Shown here piece after piece: positions 51,270-64,000 of a DNA stretch of 64,000 nucleotides. The DNA comes from Callorhinchus milii (lineage: Eukaryota). Location of the stretch: NCBI RefSeq assembly GCF_018977255.1, contig NW_024704758.1:14942001-15006000 (forward strand), in the 5' to 3' direction. The notes below the pieces were generated by a model, which saw nothing but the letters and a program-made list of their open reading frames with translations, made no database searches and was not told where the DNA came from. A program made the position numbers and the translations under genes. How positions within the stretch are numbered: position 1 is the first letter of the stretch; each line of letters begins with the position of its first letter.

Positions 51270-53075
51270 TAATAATCCTAATGCATTTGGTACAGCGCCT
51301 GATCAGGTCTTCGAGACGTCTCAAAGCGCTTTGCAGGTTACACTGTAAAATGAATTGACTGTGTGTTGTGGGTGAAACGGGACCAAAAATGGAACTGTTC
51401 CCCACCCCCCACTCTCCTCTTAAACCTGTCCTGGTATCTGTCACCCATACTGGGATTAACTGGAATGAATATACACAGACTATCACTGAGAGCATCACTA
51501 TTGGGGGCAGGTCACGGCTGATTTGCTGCGCTATTTTACCCGCTATCTATCGCCTTGGAATGTAGCCAATGTGTGTGTGTGTGCGCGTGTGCATTTTCTC
51601 TCTCTCTCTAATTGCTCCCTGTCACCATCAATTCAATATTAATGGAGACAATCTTTCGCACGTCTTGGTCTCGGCTCAAACCACCTTTGTTCTCTCATTA
51701 AAGGGATGCGGAAGTAAATCGAGGGAGACAAGGGGAGGGGGTGGGTGGGTTGCGGGTCACAATTAAAGGAACAAATGTGATTTGACTAAAAATTTGTAAG
51801 AAAAACTATATGTTTGGCTTTTATATATATATATCTACACACACGTACGACTGTGGAATACTGCTGTATGCTGTTGGCTGCCGCGTTTCACCCACCAAAT
51901 GTACAGTCAATTCACTTTACAGTGTAATCTGTAAATTGCTTTGTGACGTCTCGAAGAATTGATGAGGCGCTGTGTCAAATGCAAGGATTATTATTATTAT
52001 TTTCAAATCTTATCCAATGACCTTTTTTTGACCAGAAATGTTCCGCGTGTAAGAGGTTGTCGATTACGGCTGAAAGATGAAGGTCAATATTGTGCAGCAC
52101 AAATCATCAATATAACGCATTGAAAACAAATTGCGTGTATGATACAGTTAGAAAACGTAACTCGTGCCATTGTACAATAAATATTTCTATTCTGTCCGGA
52201 GGCAGTGATGTTCTGGAGTCCTGTAGCTCAGTGGTTAGAGCATTTGCCTGGCAAGCGAGTGGACTTGGCTTTGATTCCTGGGCAGGGCGTAACATTGGGC
52301 AAGTTTCCTTACTCCACACACACACACACAAGCGTGCGACTCTGTTTACCAGCAATAAATAGGAACCCGGTTGTTAGTCGATTGCCAGATCGCTTTTCCG
52401 AGGGTAATAATCTCTTCCAAAAAAAATCAGAGCACTTAACCATCTAATTAAGGATGAATTACTTTTCCTTATCTGGTGAGCCATGAAAACAAGTGATTCG
52501 GCAGCTCCTGAGGGTTAACAGTGTTTATCTCTCGGTTGCGGATCCTTTACTGGTTCCTCGTCGAACTCCACTGTAATGTTTTCCCCCCCATCCCACTTTC
52601 TCTTCAACCGTGCCTTCAGCTCCCCTCTCGACTCTCTACTCCCTCCTCGCTCCCTCCCTTCCCTTCCCTCCCCCTGACCATTTCCCCTCTGCTCGGCTCC
52701 CGACCCAACTGTCCAGCGCCTCGGGACGTCCTCCCGACGTGAATGGTGCTCTATAAATACAATCTTGTTGTTGTTGTAATGTACCCTTCACCACCGAGCG
52801 GAGATACGGACAAGCTAATTGCTCAGTGACCGTGTACAGTGCTATTAGACTGATTTGGCACAATAAAACAGGAACCATTCTTGTTGTATTTTACGTAGGA
52901 TGAACTTTTACTATTATAAATTGCTCATTGGCTCCATGGCTGATTGTGGGAACGTTGCTGTGGGCAAACTGACTGCCCACAAAATGCATAGTTACTACAC
53001 TTTCCAGTAAAACTGGTGAAGCACTAGGAGATGTCCTAGCCCCGTGAGAGGCGCTGTATCAAATGCTAGGATTGC
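51270..53075. mobile_element. Retroelement cluster: SINE A minus ~51270-51380, plus ~51845-52002, plus head ~52215-52423, L2 tail ~52600-52777, degraded SINE ~52935-53075
   Basis: Matches to the family consensus; the L2 tail closely resembles 31360-31584. Confidence 0.8.
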
Positions 53076-53949
53076 TACGGAAATAAATGTTCACATAACA
53101 TTCGCATTTTGGTTCTCTCTCCCGTTCAGACCAAGAGGCTTTAATGGGAGGAGACGATAAACCTGAGACACGTGACTCAGGGGTGTGAGAACAGACACCA
53201 GAATGTATTTCCGCAGCCAGAGAGCCAACAATTGGTACAGATTTCCAGTTGGCTGCTTTTATCCAATAACCATAATTGTGGCCAACAGCTTTTTTTTCCC
53301 CCCCTTCAAACCAATCTGTTGACCTCAGTTATCCGACTGCAGGGTTGTGTTGCTTTTATTTTGAACGATTTGCGAGGGACATTGGAAAGCAGAGGAATGA
53401 AAGTAAAAGTTATTGGAGTCGCTCCTTTTGTTTTGTTTGTGTTCTGTTTGAACGTGCTGCCAATTCTCTTTCTGAGGTGCCTTTCCTTTCTGTTGAGGCA
53501 GAGGTGCGGGTGTGTGTGCACGTGGGGTGATCCTTCCGGCTGCTTGACACCCGTGTGATTTCTTGTGGTTAGTTATTTGGAGACTGGTTTCCACAACAAA
53601 ATAATGATTGCAGCAAACAACCTGGAGAAATCGGAGGTACTGTAATTGGTGATCATAGTTATGCCATGAGAGATTGTTTTGCGCCCGGTTGGGTGTCAGA
53701 CGGCTTCGGATACCTCTACAAACCCAGAGTCACTCTAAGCAAACAAGTGTAGCTGATGTGTTTACAAGCTTGGACTCAAACCCTGCCTGAAACTGACTCG
53801 GTTGCTGTTGCATGCCACGTGCATAAAAAGTTATTCATGACACATAGCAAACAACGAGGTTAAGACGAACCCAGATTTATTTTTTCCATTGATGCCATTC
53901 CGCCTGATGTATCCACAAGAATAGCAACCTTCCTGTACAGACTTTTGCT

Positions 53950-54066
53950 GTCCTGTAGCTCAGTGATTAGAGCACTCGCCTGGTAAACGAGAGGTCCTGG
54001 GATCGATTCCCGGGCAGGGCGAAACATTGGGCAAGTTTCCTTACTCCATGCACAAGCCTCTGTTTG
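53950..54066 (+). mobile_element. SINE family A tRNA head
   Basis: gtcctgtagctcagtgattagagcactcgcc...gggatcgattcccgggcagggcgaaacattgggcaagtttccttactcc. Confidence 0.85.
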
Positions 54067-55243
54067 CCGTGCAGGAAGTAGTTAGTCAGTTTTGTTGTGG
54101 ATTCCGATTCCCAAGTGTTGTGGTATCGCTAGTTCCTTTGAGATCAGAGATCTGTAAGTGCTTCAACGAACAAACGTGTGAGAGCTGGAAATCAGAATCC
54201 GAATTACCCCCCAGGAACTCCTAGCGGATCAGGTAGCATTTGAAAGAGAGAAAGATAAGTTAATATTTCATCTGAAATCAATCAAGTTGACTCCAACCCT
54301 ACATTGACATGTTCTTGTGTGACTTGTGCTCCTTGTTAGTCCTGTATCTATGGCGCTACAGGTTCCAAAGGAGGCACCGTGCAAAGTTTAACTGTCCAAA
54401 TATTTGAGAGAAGTGGTCAGGCTTTGCTGAGTGTGATATACAGGTTCCCTGATTAGTGGGTAATTGAGAGATTTAAATGGGGGTGGGGGAGGAGAGGGAA
54501 AATATTCCAACAGTCCATTTGATCTCGTCTTTCCAGAATCCCGACCCTATCATCATCCTATTGCAGCATCAAACTGGTTCTTTACCCTGGTCTCTCTATA
54601 AACCTTCCCGAAAACACCTTGACTCTGTTTAAAGAAATACGAGCTAGTTACTGCCCTAAATAGCCCTTCTGAACCTTGGACTTATTTCTTCTTGGTTCTG
54701 CGTCTGAAATTATTGTTCAGGGTTTACTCAAACTGTCGGGTTAAGTATCTTGGATCCATCTATAAGGTCTGCTGTGAGAAATCTTCTCAGAGCTGACAAA
54801 CCCTGGCCTGTGAAGTGTAGCTCACTGTTGAACCTTCTGATAATCATGGATAATAAGCCTCATTGCTCTCCTCCTGAGGCTTGATTACTCTGCTGGAGGG
54901 CATTGTATGTGTTGTGCCTTTGTTATCCTTGGATTTGCAGTTGATGTCCCCACTTTATTTGGCAACTCGCACAAAGTAGAGTCGTACGGTTGCACAAAGT
55001 TGTTTCTTTTTTTTACCCGGAGATTTCTTGGATCGTCTCTTCACCGCTCTGTTCACTAAGCCTCGCGACACGGATGCTTTGCTGATGGTGAGAGACTTTG
55101 ACAAGTTTTGGGCATTGATCTGTGTTCTGAATTGAGACATCGGCTTCTCTGGTGCAAGGAATAAATAGCAAAAGGTCATTTTCCATCACCCATTTTACGC
55201 TTGAACTGGATTTTCAGGTTACTTACTTACATAAAAAAAATAA

Positions 55244-57010
55244 AAATTCTTGCATTTGATATTGTGTCTTTCACGACCCAAAGCACTTCATAGGATGCAA
55301 TGTAAAGTGGAGTGACTGTGTTTTATGGTTACAGCAATATCTCACAAACAGTCATGAAGTGAATGACTGATTTTGACTGATTTTATTTGAGGTACTGTTG
55401 ACCAGGACAGTGGGAGAAACTCTTCTCTTTTTGAATAGTGCAGTGGGATCTTTAACATCCATCTTAACAAGCAAATGGGACCTCGATTTAACGTATCATT
55501 TGTGCACTCAATGTATTAAGTTCTTATTTTCCATTTTTACTTGTGAGGTCGTCATTATTATTTTTATTACTGTATTTTCATTGCATTTTTTGTGACTGTG
55601 ATTCTATTTGGATCAAACCAGATGTGTGCGTCCTCTCCTGCTGCTGGACATAACTCTGCCAACAATAAACATGGATCTTCTTGTATCCGTAGCTGGTATT
55701 TATCCTTGTTTCAACAGTGAAACAAAGCGGAGGCTGGAATCTCTCTCTTATTCCTGTGACAGTGACAAATGGTGCTTGGCCCTGCTCGGAAAAGTGGGTC
55801 AGTTGGCACTGCAGAGAATGATTAAAACTAACATAAAATACTGGGGCGTTGTAAGCCTGTAGGAATGAAATACAGAACTTCATTGGAAGGAAAGCAATCT
55901 GCTGAATCATAAACTATTGCGAAAATTATGAAGCTTTCAAACGTCAGGTTGGGCAAAAAAATAGACTTGTGTTTCTCTTTGTTCTGTTTAAAATCCGTCC
56001 TATTCTAACAGAAGAGATTTATGATTTACTGCAAACAGCACTTGATTGATTTTGTGGCAAACGCCTGAGAGGAGAGTTGATGGAATGTTGGAGGTTCCTG
56101 AAGACCTTCCTCTCATGCCCCCCTCTCCCCTCCCTCTCCGTTCACCTTGGCTGCAAACTCCCCCACTGTTAAGTAATGTGTAATAATCCTTGCATTTGAT
56201 GCAGCGCCTTATCGCGTCTTCGAGACGTCTCAAAGCTCTTCACAGGATACACTGTAAAGTGAATCGACTGTGTGGTTGTGGGTGAAATGTGGCAGCCAAT
56301 TCCGCACAGCAGCGTCCCCACAAATAGCTGTGGGTTGTATGACCAAATGATTATTATTTATTTGAGAGATGCTTCCCCGTGTGAGGGGGTGGGGCGCACG
56401 TATATAATAGCAAATTACTAGTGCTGATTAACTAGGGGTACACAGGGGGAGGGGGAAATTGGGCTTCTGTAATCTGATGTCTGGTGATTGCTTTTACAAA
56501 AAAGTTGAACTAACTGTGGAACTAAGTTTCGTAGAAGTAGTCAAAATGATTTCCAAGAAATCTGGATTTGTCTTTCTTTTATTGAAATAGCCCGGGGCGG
56601 AGGAGAAATATTAAATGTGTATATTCCTATTGTTAAACATGAATAACTTTAAAGAGCAAAGTTAGTCAACTGAAATTATAGCATGGAATTAAAGGTTAGA
56701 AGTTGTTTTGCCATTTGGATCTTGATGCAGTTTGTAGCTGTGTGTATTGTGCCTCGTAATTCCTGGTGAAAGGTGTTTGCTCCGGTTATTTCTATTGCTG
56801 TTTTGTGAAATAATTGAAACCGGCTGATTATATTTATGATAATAATCCTTGCATTTGATACAGCGCCTTATCGCTTCTTTGAGACATCTAAAAGCTCTTC
56901 ACAGAATAGACTGTAAAGTATAGTGACTGTATTTTGTGGGCGAAACGCGGCAGCCAATTGCGCACAGCAGCGTCCCACACACAGTCATGAATTGAGTGAC
57001 CAAATTACTG
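55244..57010 (-). mobile_element. Three minus-strand Deu-SINE copies (~55244-55495, 56181-56358, 56838-57010)
   Basis: Reverse-complement tails and Deu segments. Confidence 0.8.
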
Positions 57011-57293
57011 TTATTGTTTATTACCTTTGGTCTGTTAGGAAGACGTTGCTGGGTGTAAATGGGAGGAGAGAGGGAGAAGGCTACTTGCTGCAGACCAGTG
57101 GTGGAGAGTGAGTGTGTGATACAGTGTGTGATTCAGTGTCGGGGTTGTGTTGGTTTGGATACAGACTGGCAGAGTTGTCGGGAAGAGTAATGTGTTATCT
57201 CTATATTTCAATAGAACGACGTGAGGCTAGAAAACGACACCGATTTCCATTCTGCGCTGCTACTTCCTCACTTTGCAGTCGATGAAGATCATT

Positions 57294-57420
57294 GACTATG
57301 GTCTATGGGAGAGAGCGGGGGGAGTGGGGTTGATTTGGAAGCTCTTTCCAAAGAGCTGGCACAGACACGGTGGGCTGAATGGTCTCCTTCTGTGCTCTAT
57401 AATTCTATCCTTCTATGATT
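57294..57420 (+). mobile_element. CR1-type 3' tail
   Basis: tatgggagagagcggggg...aagagctggcacagacacggtgggctgaatggtctccttctgtgct...ttctatg. Confidence 0.7.
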
Positions 57421-59059
57421 GACTTTGACCGAAGATCAATGCCATACAAATGCAAGTTGTTCTAGTTTGATTTACCATTCCGCCCACAAAAGCTTCCTTT
57501 CACCAACCGATCGGCTGAAATGAAACCACCTTGATCTGACTATCGCACACCATGTGTTTGTGCACTGGGGGAAAGGCAGGTGCCTTATATTATGTAATTA
57601 ATGAGAAATAAAGTTAATTATGTAATTAAAGGCCCTTGGAATCCCCTATGTAGACGTGGTTTACATATCGCCCAAGATATGTAGCGTTTCAAAACGCACA
57701 TTAATGGTCCCAGGCGGGATATTTGCAGATCTTTAATTGATGCAAAATTCACTCCAACTGCAGCTTCAGCTGATAAATTGAAGAGTAAATATAGATTTTA
57801 TTGCAACAGTTAAGAAAGAAGAAAAAAAACAACTTGGTAGCAAATAATCCAGTTTAATAAGATTGAACAATGCTGGCCCATCGGCCCTGTGCAATCTGCA
57901 GAGTAAGTATAAACCTCAGGCAAGTCTGTTATTGTTTTCTTTATGATAATCTTTGCATTTCATACAGTGGCTGCCTTTCACTTCACTGGATATAGTATAA
58001 AGTGTAGGGAGTATGTATTTTGTGGGCAGACATAACAACAACAAATGGCATTTACCCATTTCACGTCAGGAGGATGTCCCGAAACACTGGAGAGTTAGGG
58101 ATTTGGACCCGAGCTGGGGGTTGGGATCCGGAGGGGTGGAGGGCAGGGAGGGTTGGGGTAAGTGGGTAAACTGAAGGAATGGTCAAAGGAGCAGCCAATT
58201 TGCCACACAATGCCAGGAAGTAAATGATCAATTTTACGGGGAGGGAGAGGATGGTCAGCCAGGATACCTGGGAAAACTCCCTTCTTTTTCAAATAATTCC
58301 ATGGGATCTTTGATCTCCTCCAGAATGGGTAGAAGGGGCTTAAAGTTAACGTCCCATCGAACGACTGTGCCTACAGAAATGCAGCCCCCCCACCCCCACC
58401 CGCCCAGCACGATGGCGCTTGGTAGCACTTTGCAATTTTACCTTTGTTTCTCATCCCTGGTATCACCCAGGTGTCCGGCACTGTTTTGCACTTGGTTGAG
58501 GGAGTAATCTGCTGTTTCAATCAAACAGTGTTGCCCTACATGTCGCTGTGAGCTGTCTGTTTGCATCATCTCAAAATGGCGACTGAGAGAAATGAGCGAG
58601 AGGTCTCGGAGATTTCTCCAGGAGACGTCTGCTGGATTACCGTTCTCCCACAGTGTCTTAGGTGAATGTTTCAAGTCGAGCAAGTGGAATTTGACACTCC
58701 TGCAGTTTTGAATTGGCTCCAACTTCTGTGTTGACCGGAGGAATATTTCGGGAGTGCCCACTGTCACAACTTTGACTGGTAAACATGGACTGGCATTTTT
58801 ATCATGTCATCAATGTCTCCGAATGCGCTGGAGAGTTTACTGTAAAATGCAGTGACTGTGTATTTGTAGGTGAACACAGCAACAATAACTTATATTTATA
58901 TAGCGCCCTTCATGCAGGGCAGCGTCTCGGAGAGATTAACAGTGGTGGAAAAAGCCCCTGAATGGGGTGGGAGGGAGGATGCAATCGTAAGCACAGTCGA
59001 AGAGGAAGGTCTTCAGTCATGATCCAAAATAGGGGAAGAATGGGGCAAGTACTTTAAAG

Positions 59060-59372
59060 TACAGCAGCTAATTTGCGCACAGCGATGTCCCACAATCAGA
59101 CATAAAATGAATAACCAAGAATATTTGGGGGATTGTTGGCCAGGACACCAGGAGAAACTCCCATTTCTTTTTGAGTTGGACTCTTTAGTGTTCATCTGAA
59201 CAGTCTTATGTTTGCTGTCTCCTCCAAAGGACAGCTCCTCCAACATTACAGTGCTCTCCATCACTGCACTGGGACGTCAGCCTGGACTGTGAGCTCCAAA
59301 CACCTTGCTTGGGCTTGAACCCACAACTCCTGACTCAAAGACGAGAGTGCTAGCAATAGAGCCAGGCTGCCA
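59060..59372 (-). mobile_element. Deu-SINE family B
   Basis: Reverse complement of the head (gcagcctggctc...tagcactctc...gagtcagga) through gtgtcctggccaaca to the Deu segment. Confidence 0.7.
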
Positions 59373-59659
59373 CCTCTCTCTTGTGTTTCTCTGACACGAG
59401 TAGTAATGAAACACCTTTGAAAAATCCATATCCTGGTCTTTGCTGAGTTTGCAGAACGTCTGGTCGTGAGGAACAATGAAGTTCTCTGAGTCAGGGAGAA
59501 TTTCTGCATCAGCGGATCGTACAGTCTGCAGATAATTAGAACGAATCTATTGTGGATATAGATGATGATGATGGACACTGAGTTTAAATAAATGGGATTG
59601 CTTGTTTGGTTGGTTCAGGATTTGAAGTCTGGGGGGAATGGTATAAATGAGATAATTGT

Positions 59660-59982
59660 GGAGTCCTGTAGCTCAGTGGTTAGAGCACTCGCTTTGCAAG
59701 CGAGAGACCTGAGTTCAATTCCAGGCAGAGGGCGAAACCTTGGGCAAGTTTCCTTACTCCACACAGAGCCTAATAATAATCCCTCCAAAAAACAAAAAAC
59801 AATAATAAATTGGTCATTTTCAATCTACGACTGTTTGTGGGACATTGCTGTGCGCAATTGGCTGCCGCGTTCGCCCACAAATATACAGTCAATTCACTTT
59901 ACAGTGTGTTCTGTGAAGCGCTTTGGGACGTCCTCCCGACGTGAAAAGCGCAATATCAAATGCAAGGATTATTATTATTATT
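59660..59982 (+). mobile_element. SINE family A with tRNA-Ala-like head and L2-type stem-loop
   Basis: A box TAGCTCAGTGG, arm ctcgc-TTTGCAA-gcgag, B box GAGTTCAATTCC; tail gggacgtcctcccgacgtgaaaagcgc...(tta)n. Confidence 0.9.
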
Positions 59983-61367
59983 AATTGAGGTTCTTTTCAA
60001 ACCAATTCCAATAGGGTTGTCATTTTTTTTGTAAATCGATTGTGTTCAGTGCTACTTCTCTGTCAAAGTGACCAAATTGATGGTGGAAACACAGGCTACG
60101 TTGACAGCTCCGACTTCTTGAAACTAAAATATTGGGATTGTACCTTTTCATCTTGTTATGTGATCAGTGGTGTTTCCTGCCAGCCTTTTGGAGCTGAAAG
60201 TGTATATCGCACTGTCCTCTGCTGCCTTATTGTTTCCTGCTTTATCATCTGTTGCTCTACATCCATCACCAATCTCCTTTAGATGTATTTTGGGAGTTCT
60301 TCTGAATTCTGGAATGTGGGAAGAACTGCTTTTGAGTATCAGTCCCAAGGGCACTTCCTCCGTGATATCAAAGCCCAAGGGATGCCTATTGTGATAAGTG
60401 AGTTTACTTTAAGAAGCATTTTTTGTTGATGGGAGCTGGGGGGAGGAGAAACCAATTGCGTCACAGATATTCTGCTCCCCCGGGAATCCTATTCTGTACT
60501 CATGTCCAATGTGAAACGATCGCTGTAAGTTTATTGAATAAATATCCTGCAGTTGACTTGAGGACATTTTACATTTCCTTTTTGTATTCAAAAAAAGTGG
60601 CGAGAAATACACCAAAACATTTTACCAGAGCGTCCAACTCAACCAAAAGAATCTCTCCTTTATGTCGTCCTTTATGAAAACCACTTTGTCCCTTTTGTTC
60701 AGATGTCCTTTGTGTCTGAAAATCCGAATCTCTTTGTCGCATTACCCATGTTCCATCTGGAGCTAATGTGTTCAATATCAATGGTGATGTGCTGGAGGTT
60801 GAAACTCAATTATTATTATAATAATAGTAATCGCTGCTTTTGATGTAACATGTCTTTTTACTTCAGGAGGACATCTCAAAGCGCTTCAGGGGTTTTACTG
60901 TAAACTGTAGTGAATGTTGTTCTGTAGGCGTGTGGATAAAATTGCCTTTGTACAGGTGGGAATAGTGTGGCAATAAAACAAACTATTCATGTGTTGCGGA
61001 GACGAGCTGCGGGAATGCTGGGATAAGGAGAAAATGGGATACTCGGCTGCGATTAAACCCAGATATCTAAACCTGGCAGAAGCTATAATTAGATTTACTG
61101 CCAAAAGCTTAAAACTGTTCCATATGGCGGCAGCTTTCTTGTCTTTATCCGGAATGAATGTAAAATTCTCGCAGATCATTTGACAAAGGCTGGAATTTCC
61201 TATTGCTCTTTTTTCTGTGTTTTAGATTAAAAAGTGGCCATAGTTCATGCAGGAGAAATACCAGCTGGCTCTGCATTTACTCTCTCTATTTGCACTTTAA
61301 GGCACCCAGAGTTTGACAAGTTGGCAAATTCAGTCGTCGTAGCTTTAATAGTTATGTTCGACACAGA

Positions 61368-61632
61368 GCCTTTCATGTCGGGAGGACGTCTAAGCGCTTC
61401 ACAGGGTATACTCAAAAGTGAAATGACTGTATTTTTGTAGATGAACGTGGCAGCCAATTTGCACACGGCAACATCCCACAAGTAGCCGTGAAGTGAATGA
61501 CTAATTTTATCGTTGGGGCTCGTCAGTCAGAGTACCAGGAGAAACTTCTGTCTCTTCTTGAGTAGTGCCGTTGGACTGTTAAACATTCATTTGTGAAGAT
61601 GGACTTGGATCTCAGTGTAATGTCTCATCCAA
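61368..61632 (-). mobile_element. Deu-SINE, degraded
   Basis: ctttcatgtcgggaggacgtctaagcgcttcacag...gcagccaatttgcacacggcaacatcccaca...tctcatccaaag. Confidence 0.7.
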
Positions 61633-62884
61633 AGCCAGATCAAACTGTTCAGTGGAATTTACTGATAATAAAGGAATCCTTCAGGCATGGGGGAAAAATA
61701 TATGAAGCTTGTACAAAGCCTTTCAGGAACTAAATTGCAAACTCTGAATAATGTCTTTGAGAAAATGGGCTGATGTTTTTGCAGAGTGTGATGCGTATGT
61801 TTGTGCAATCAATTACAAGTTATCTTTATAGTCTTTGCATTGGCACAACTGCTACAGCATAAAAATCATTGATGGAGATCAATAAATGGCTGTGCATGTG
61901 CTGAGCATTTCAAAGACCCCCCAATAGGAGAAACAACAACGGGTGAAGCCTCTGTGGAGAAACTGGCTGATAGACAATTAAACAGTGGATGCACTTCAAT
62001 TAACAGCTGATTGATTTTAATGACAAATGCTGTTGATTACAGTGGCCAATTTTGTTTCAATGCAGTTTGTAATGAAATTGCACCTTTTGTTCAATTGAGT
62101 TTCCATCTTCATTTCAACTGTGTGAGAAAACTGACTTCGGTCCTGTCATTTCTCTTTAAGGTAACGAGAGCAGAAAGGACAGAGAGGAGTTGAGGAAAAT
62201 ATAAGTTAAAAATGATAAGCTGCGTGTTTTTCGGGCGGGTTATATTCCAGCAATCGCCCCCAATGCATGCTGCGGAGTCCCCATTGCCTTGGCTTTCACC
62301 AATCCCCAACTCTCTCTTAGGGAGTGAGATAAGATAATGAGTGAGAATCCCATTGCAGATGTAGGGTAAGTTCTGTGTGTAGGCGCCTACGTATGTGGGA
62401 AGTCTCAGTCAGTCTTAAAACACAGGTCAGACAACTGGCTGATCAATGACAAATGAAGAGCCCAAACTCAGTGCCTGCACTTGTCCACCTGACCCACTTA
62501 GTGTTGGGGACAGAGTCTGATCTGACTCCTGTGTTTTGGGGGTTGTTTTTTTTTGCCCCCAAACAACTTTCACTGAGTAAAGTCTCAAGGTGCCTGCTTT
62601 TAGCAAATGTTAATTAACAGCATTGAAAGATTTTTTTTAAAACAACCTCTCAATAATGCTCCAAGTTATTCAGTGTTGTCTGATTTGCACTTCTGTAAAT
62701 GTAGGTGTCCTTTGGTGTAAACATGAATTAGAAATGAACTTCATGAATAATGACTGGGGCCTGCCACTGTGCTGACGTTTTGTCCTCCTGATACGTTTGT
62801 CAATGTCACAGATTCAAAGCTGAATTATATTTTGGGTGGGTTGGTGCTTTTTTGTATCAAACCTGTCAAGTTGCGTCGTGTTAT

Positions 62885-63033
62885 TTTGGTCATTTGCTGT
62901 GTGCAATTGGCTGCCGCGTTTTTCCCACAAAATACACAGTCGATTCAGTTTACAGTGTATTTTGTGAAGCACTTTGAGACTTCTCGAAGATGTGATAAGG
63001 CGCTATATCAACTGCAAGGATGATTATTATTAT
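62885..63033 (+). mobile_element. SINE family A 3' part
   Basis: gctgtgtgcaattggctgccgcgttt...gataaggcgctatatcaa...gattattatt. Confidence 0.85.
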
Positions 63034-64000
63034 CTGGGAACCCTGGTGCTACCACTGTAATATTTGTTTTTTGGTCGTCGATGAAATTTCCTTTGCGGAG
63101 AAGGAGCCTTGTCATTGACCTCTCATTGAACTAAGATTGAGGGTCTTAACGTTTTTGAAGAAGCTGCCGAAGCTGAGAAGAAGCTAAAACGAGTGAACAC
63201 CTTTTGAAGAGCATCTTGGTGGAGAGGTTTATATTTTGCGGGAGACTTGCATTCTAAGACTGAACTGTCTGGGGGGTTTCAGAAGACAATGCAGAAGCCT
63301 TGAAATTAGGGAGACAAATGGGAAAGTCAAATGGTGGAAACTTGACTCCCAGCTTGGCACCCGATTTGTTTTGTTGAGAACTGTCACCTGGGAAAAGGAG
63401 CACAGGCGCAATTACCAAGAAAGTGAGGAGTTCAGCATTATGTGGCGTACCCTTGTCCTTGACTGATGTTTGGGTCTGAAACTTGTAGGTTCAGTCCTTT
63501 GTCACCGACCGGACGGACAATGTGCTGCTGAGCTGACAGCAGGTTTTCTGCGTCGTTCCTATCGCTTCAACTTGTCCCACTATCGGTGGCGAAATCAGTC
63601 TGGAATAATGCACGGTGCAGAACAGTAAACTCGAGCTGCGTGTTCAGCCTTGAGAGCTGCTTCATTCAATGGGTGGGTGGAAAGACTGTTCGTAAAGAGA
63701 AGGGAGTTTCTCCCAATGTCCTGCGTGACATTTCCCCCGACCCAATTAAAATTGATTGTTTGCTTCAAGGCTCTATGAGGAAGTGATGATTAATTGCTAT
63801 TATGACATTTGAGGATAGCGTTTTCTGGCGTTTGTTTGCAAAACAGACTGATAATTGAATAAATTTTATCTTCCGACTGGAATTGCTTGTGCCTCAACCC
63901 TTCCACATTTGGCTAAGCAAAATACTGTTCTATCGCACCTGTCTGTGTCGTTTCTAACAAGTTACAACATTTCCTCAAGCTCTGCTGCCCCGTATTGAAA

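Noticed and set aside
59660-59735. tRNA-Ala gene (also 24073, 36947, 52215, 53950)
   Set aside because: No convincing acceptor stem, and each continues into SINE body sequence, so these are SINE heads.
60283-60398. Possible exon (tcctttag|ATGTAT...GATAA|gtgagt)
   Set aside because: Joined to the phase-1 donor at 47571 it hits a stop within a few codons, and I recognise no homology.

Overview
Vertebrate genomic DNA, most likely a cartilaginous fish (inferred from Deu-domain tRNA SINEs, L2 and CR1 3' ends). The window holds all 15 coding exons of HIPK3 on the + strand (ATG 4274 to TGA 39645; spliced CDS 3627 nt, 1208 aa; all introns GT-AG with compatible phases) and a SINE-free 3' UTR of about 3.9 kb. 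Exon numbers assume a non-coding exon 1 upstream of the window. Downstream, a CpG-rich island inside a ~6 kb satellite complex contains a signal-peptide exon (47403/47502-47571), probably the first exon of the next gene (KIAA1549L by recalled human synteny). Best leads: (1) exon 2 is 1099 nt, the length I recall for human circHIPK3, and is flanked by inverted lineage-specific SINEs; (2) a fold-back SINE pair with shared private variants just past the 3' end; (3) a three-layer nested retroelement insertion; (4) a palindromic MITE-like hairpin; (5) an overlapping triple miRNA-seed palindrome in the 3' UTR. I see no evidence of a wholly new gene system. Repeat coordinates are approximate, and human comparisons are from memory, not from a search.
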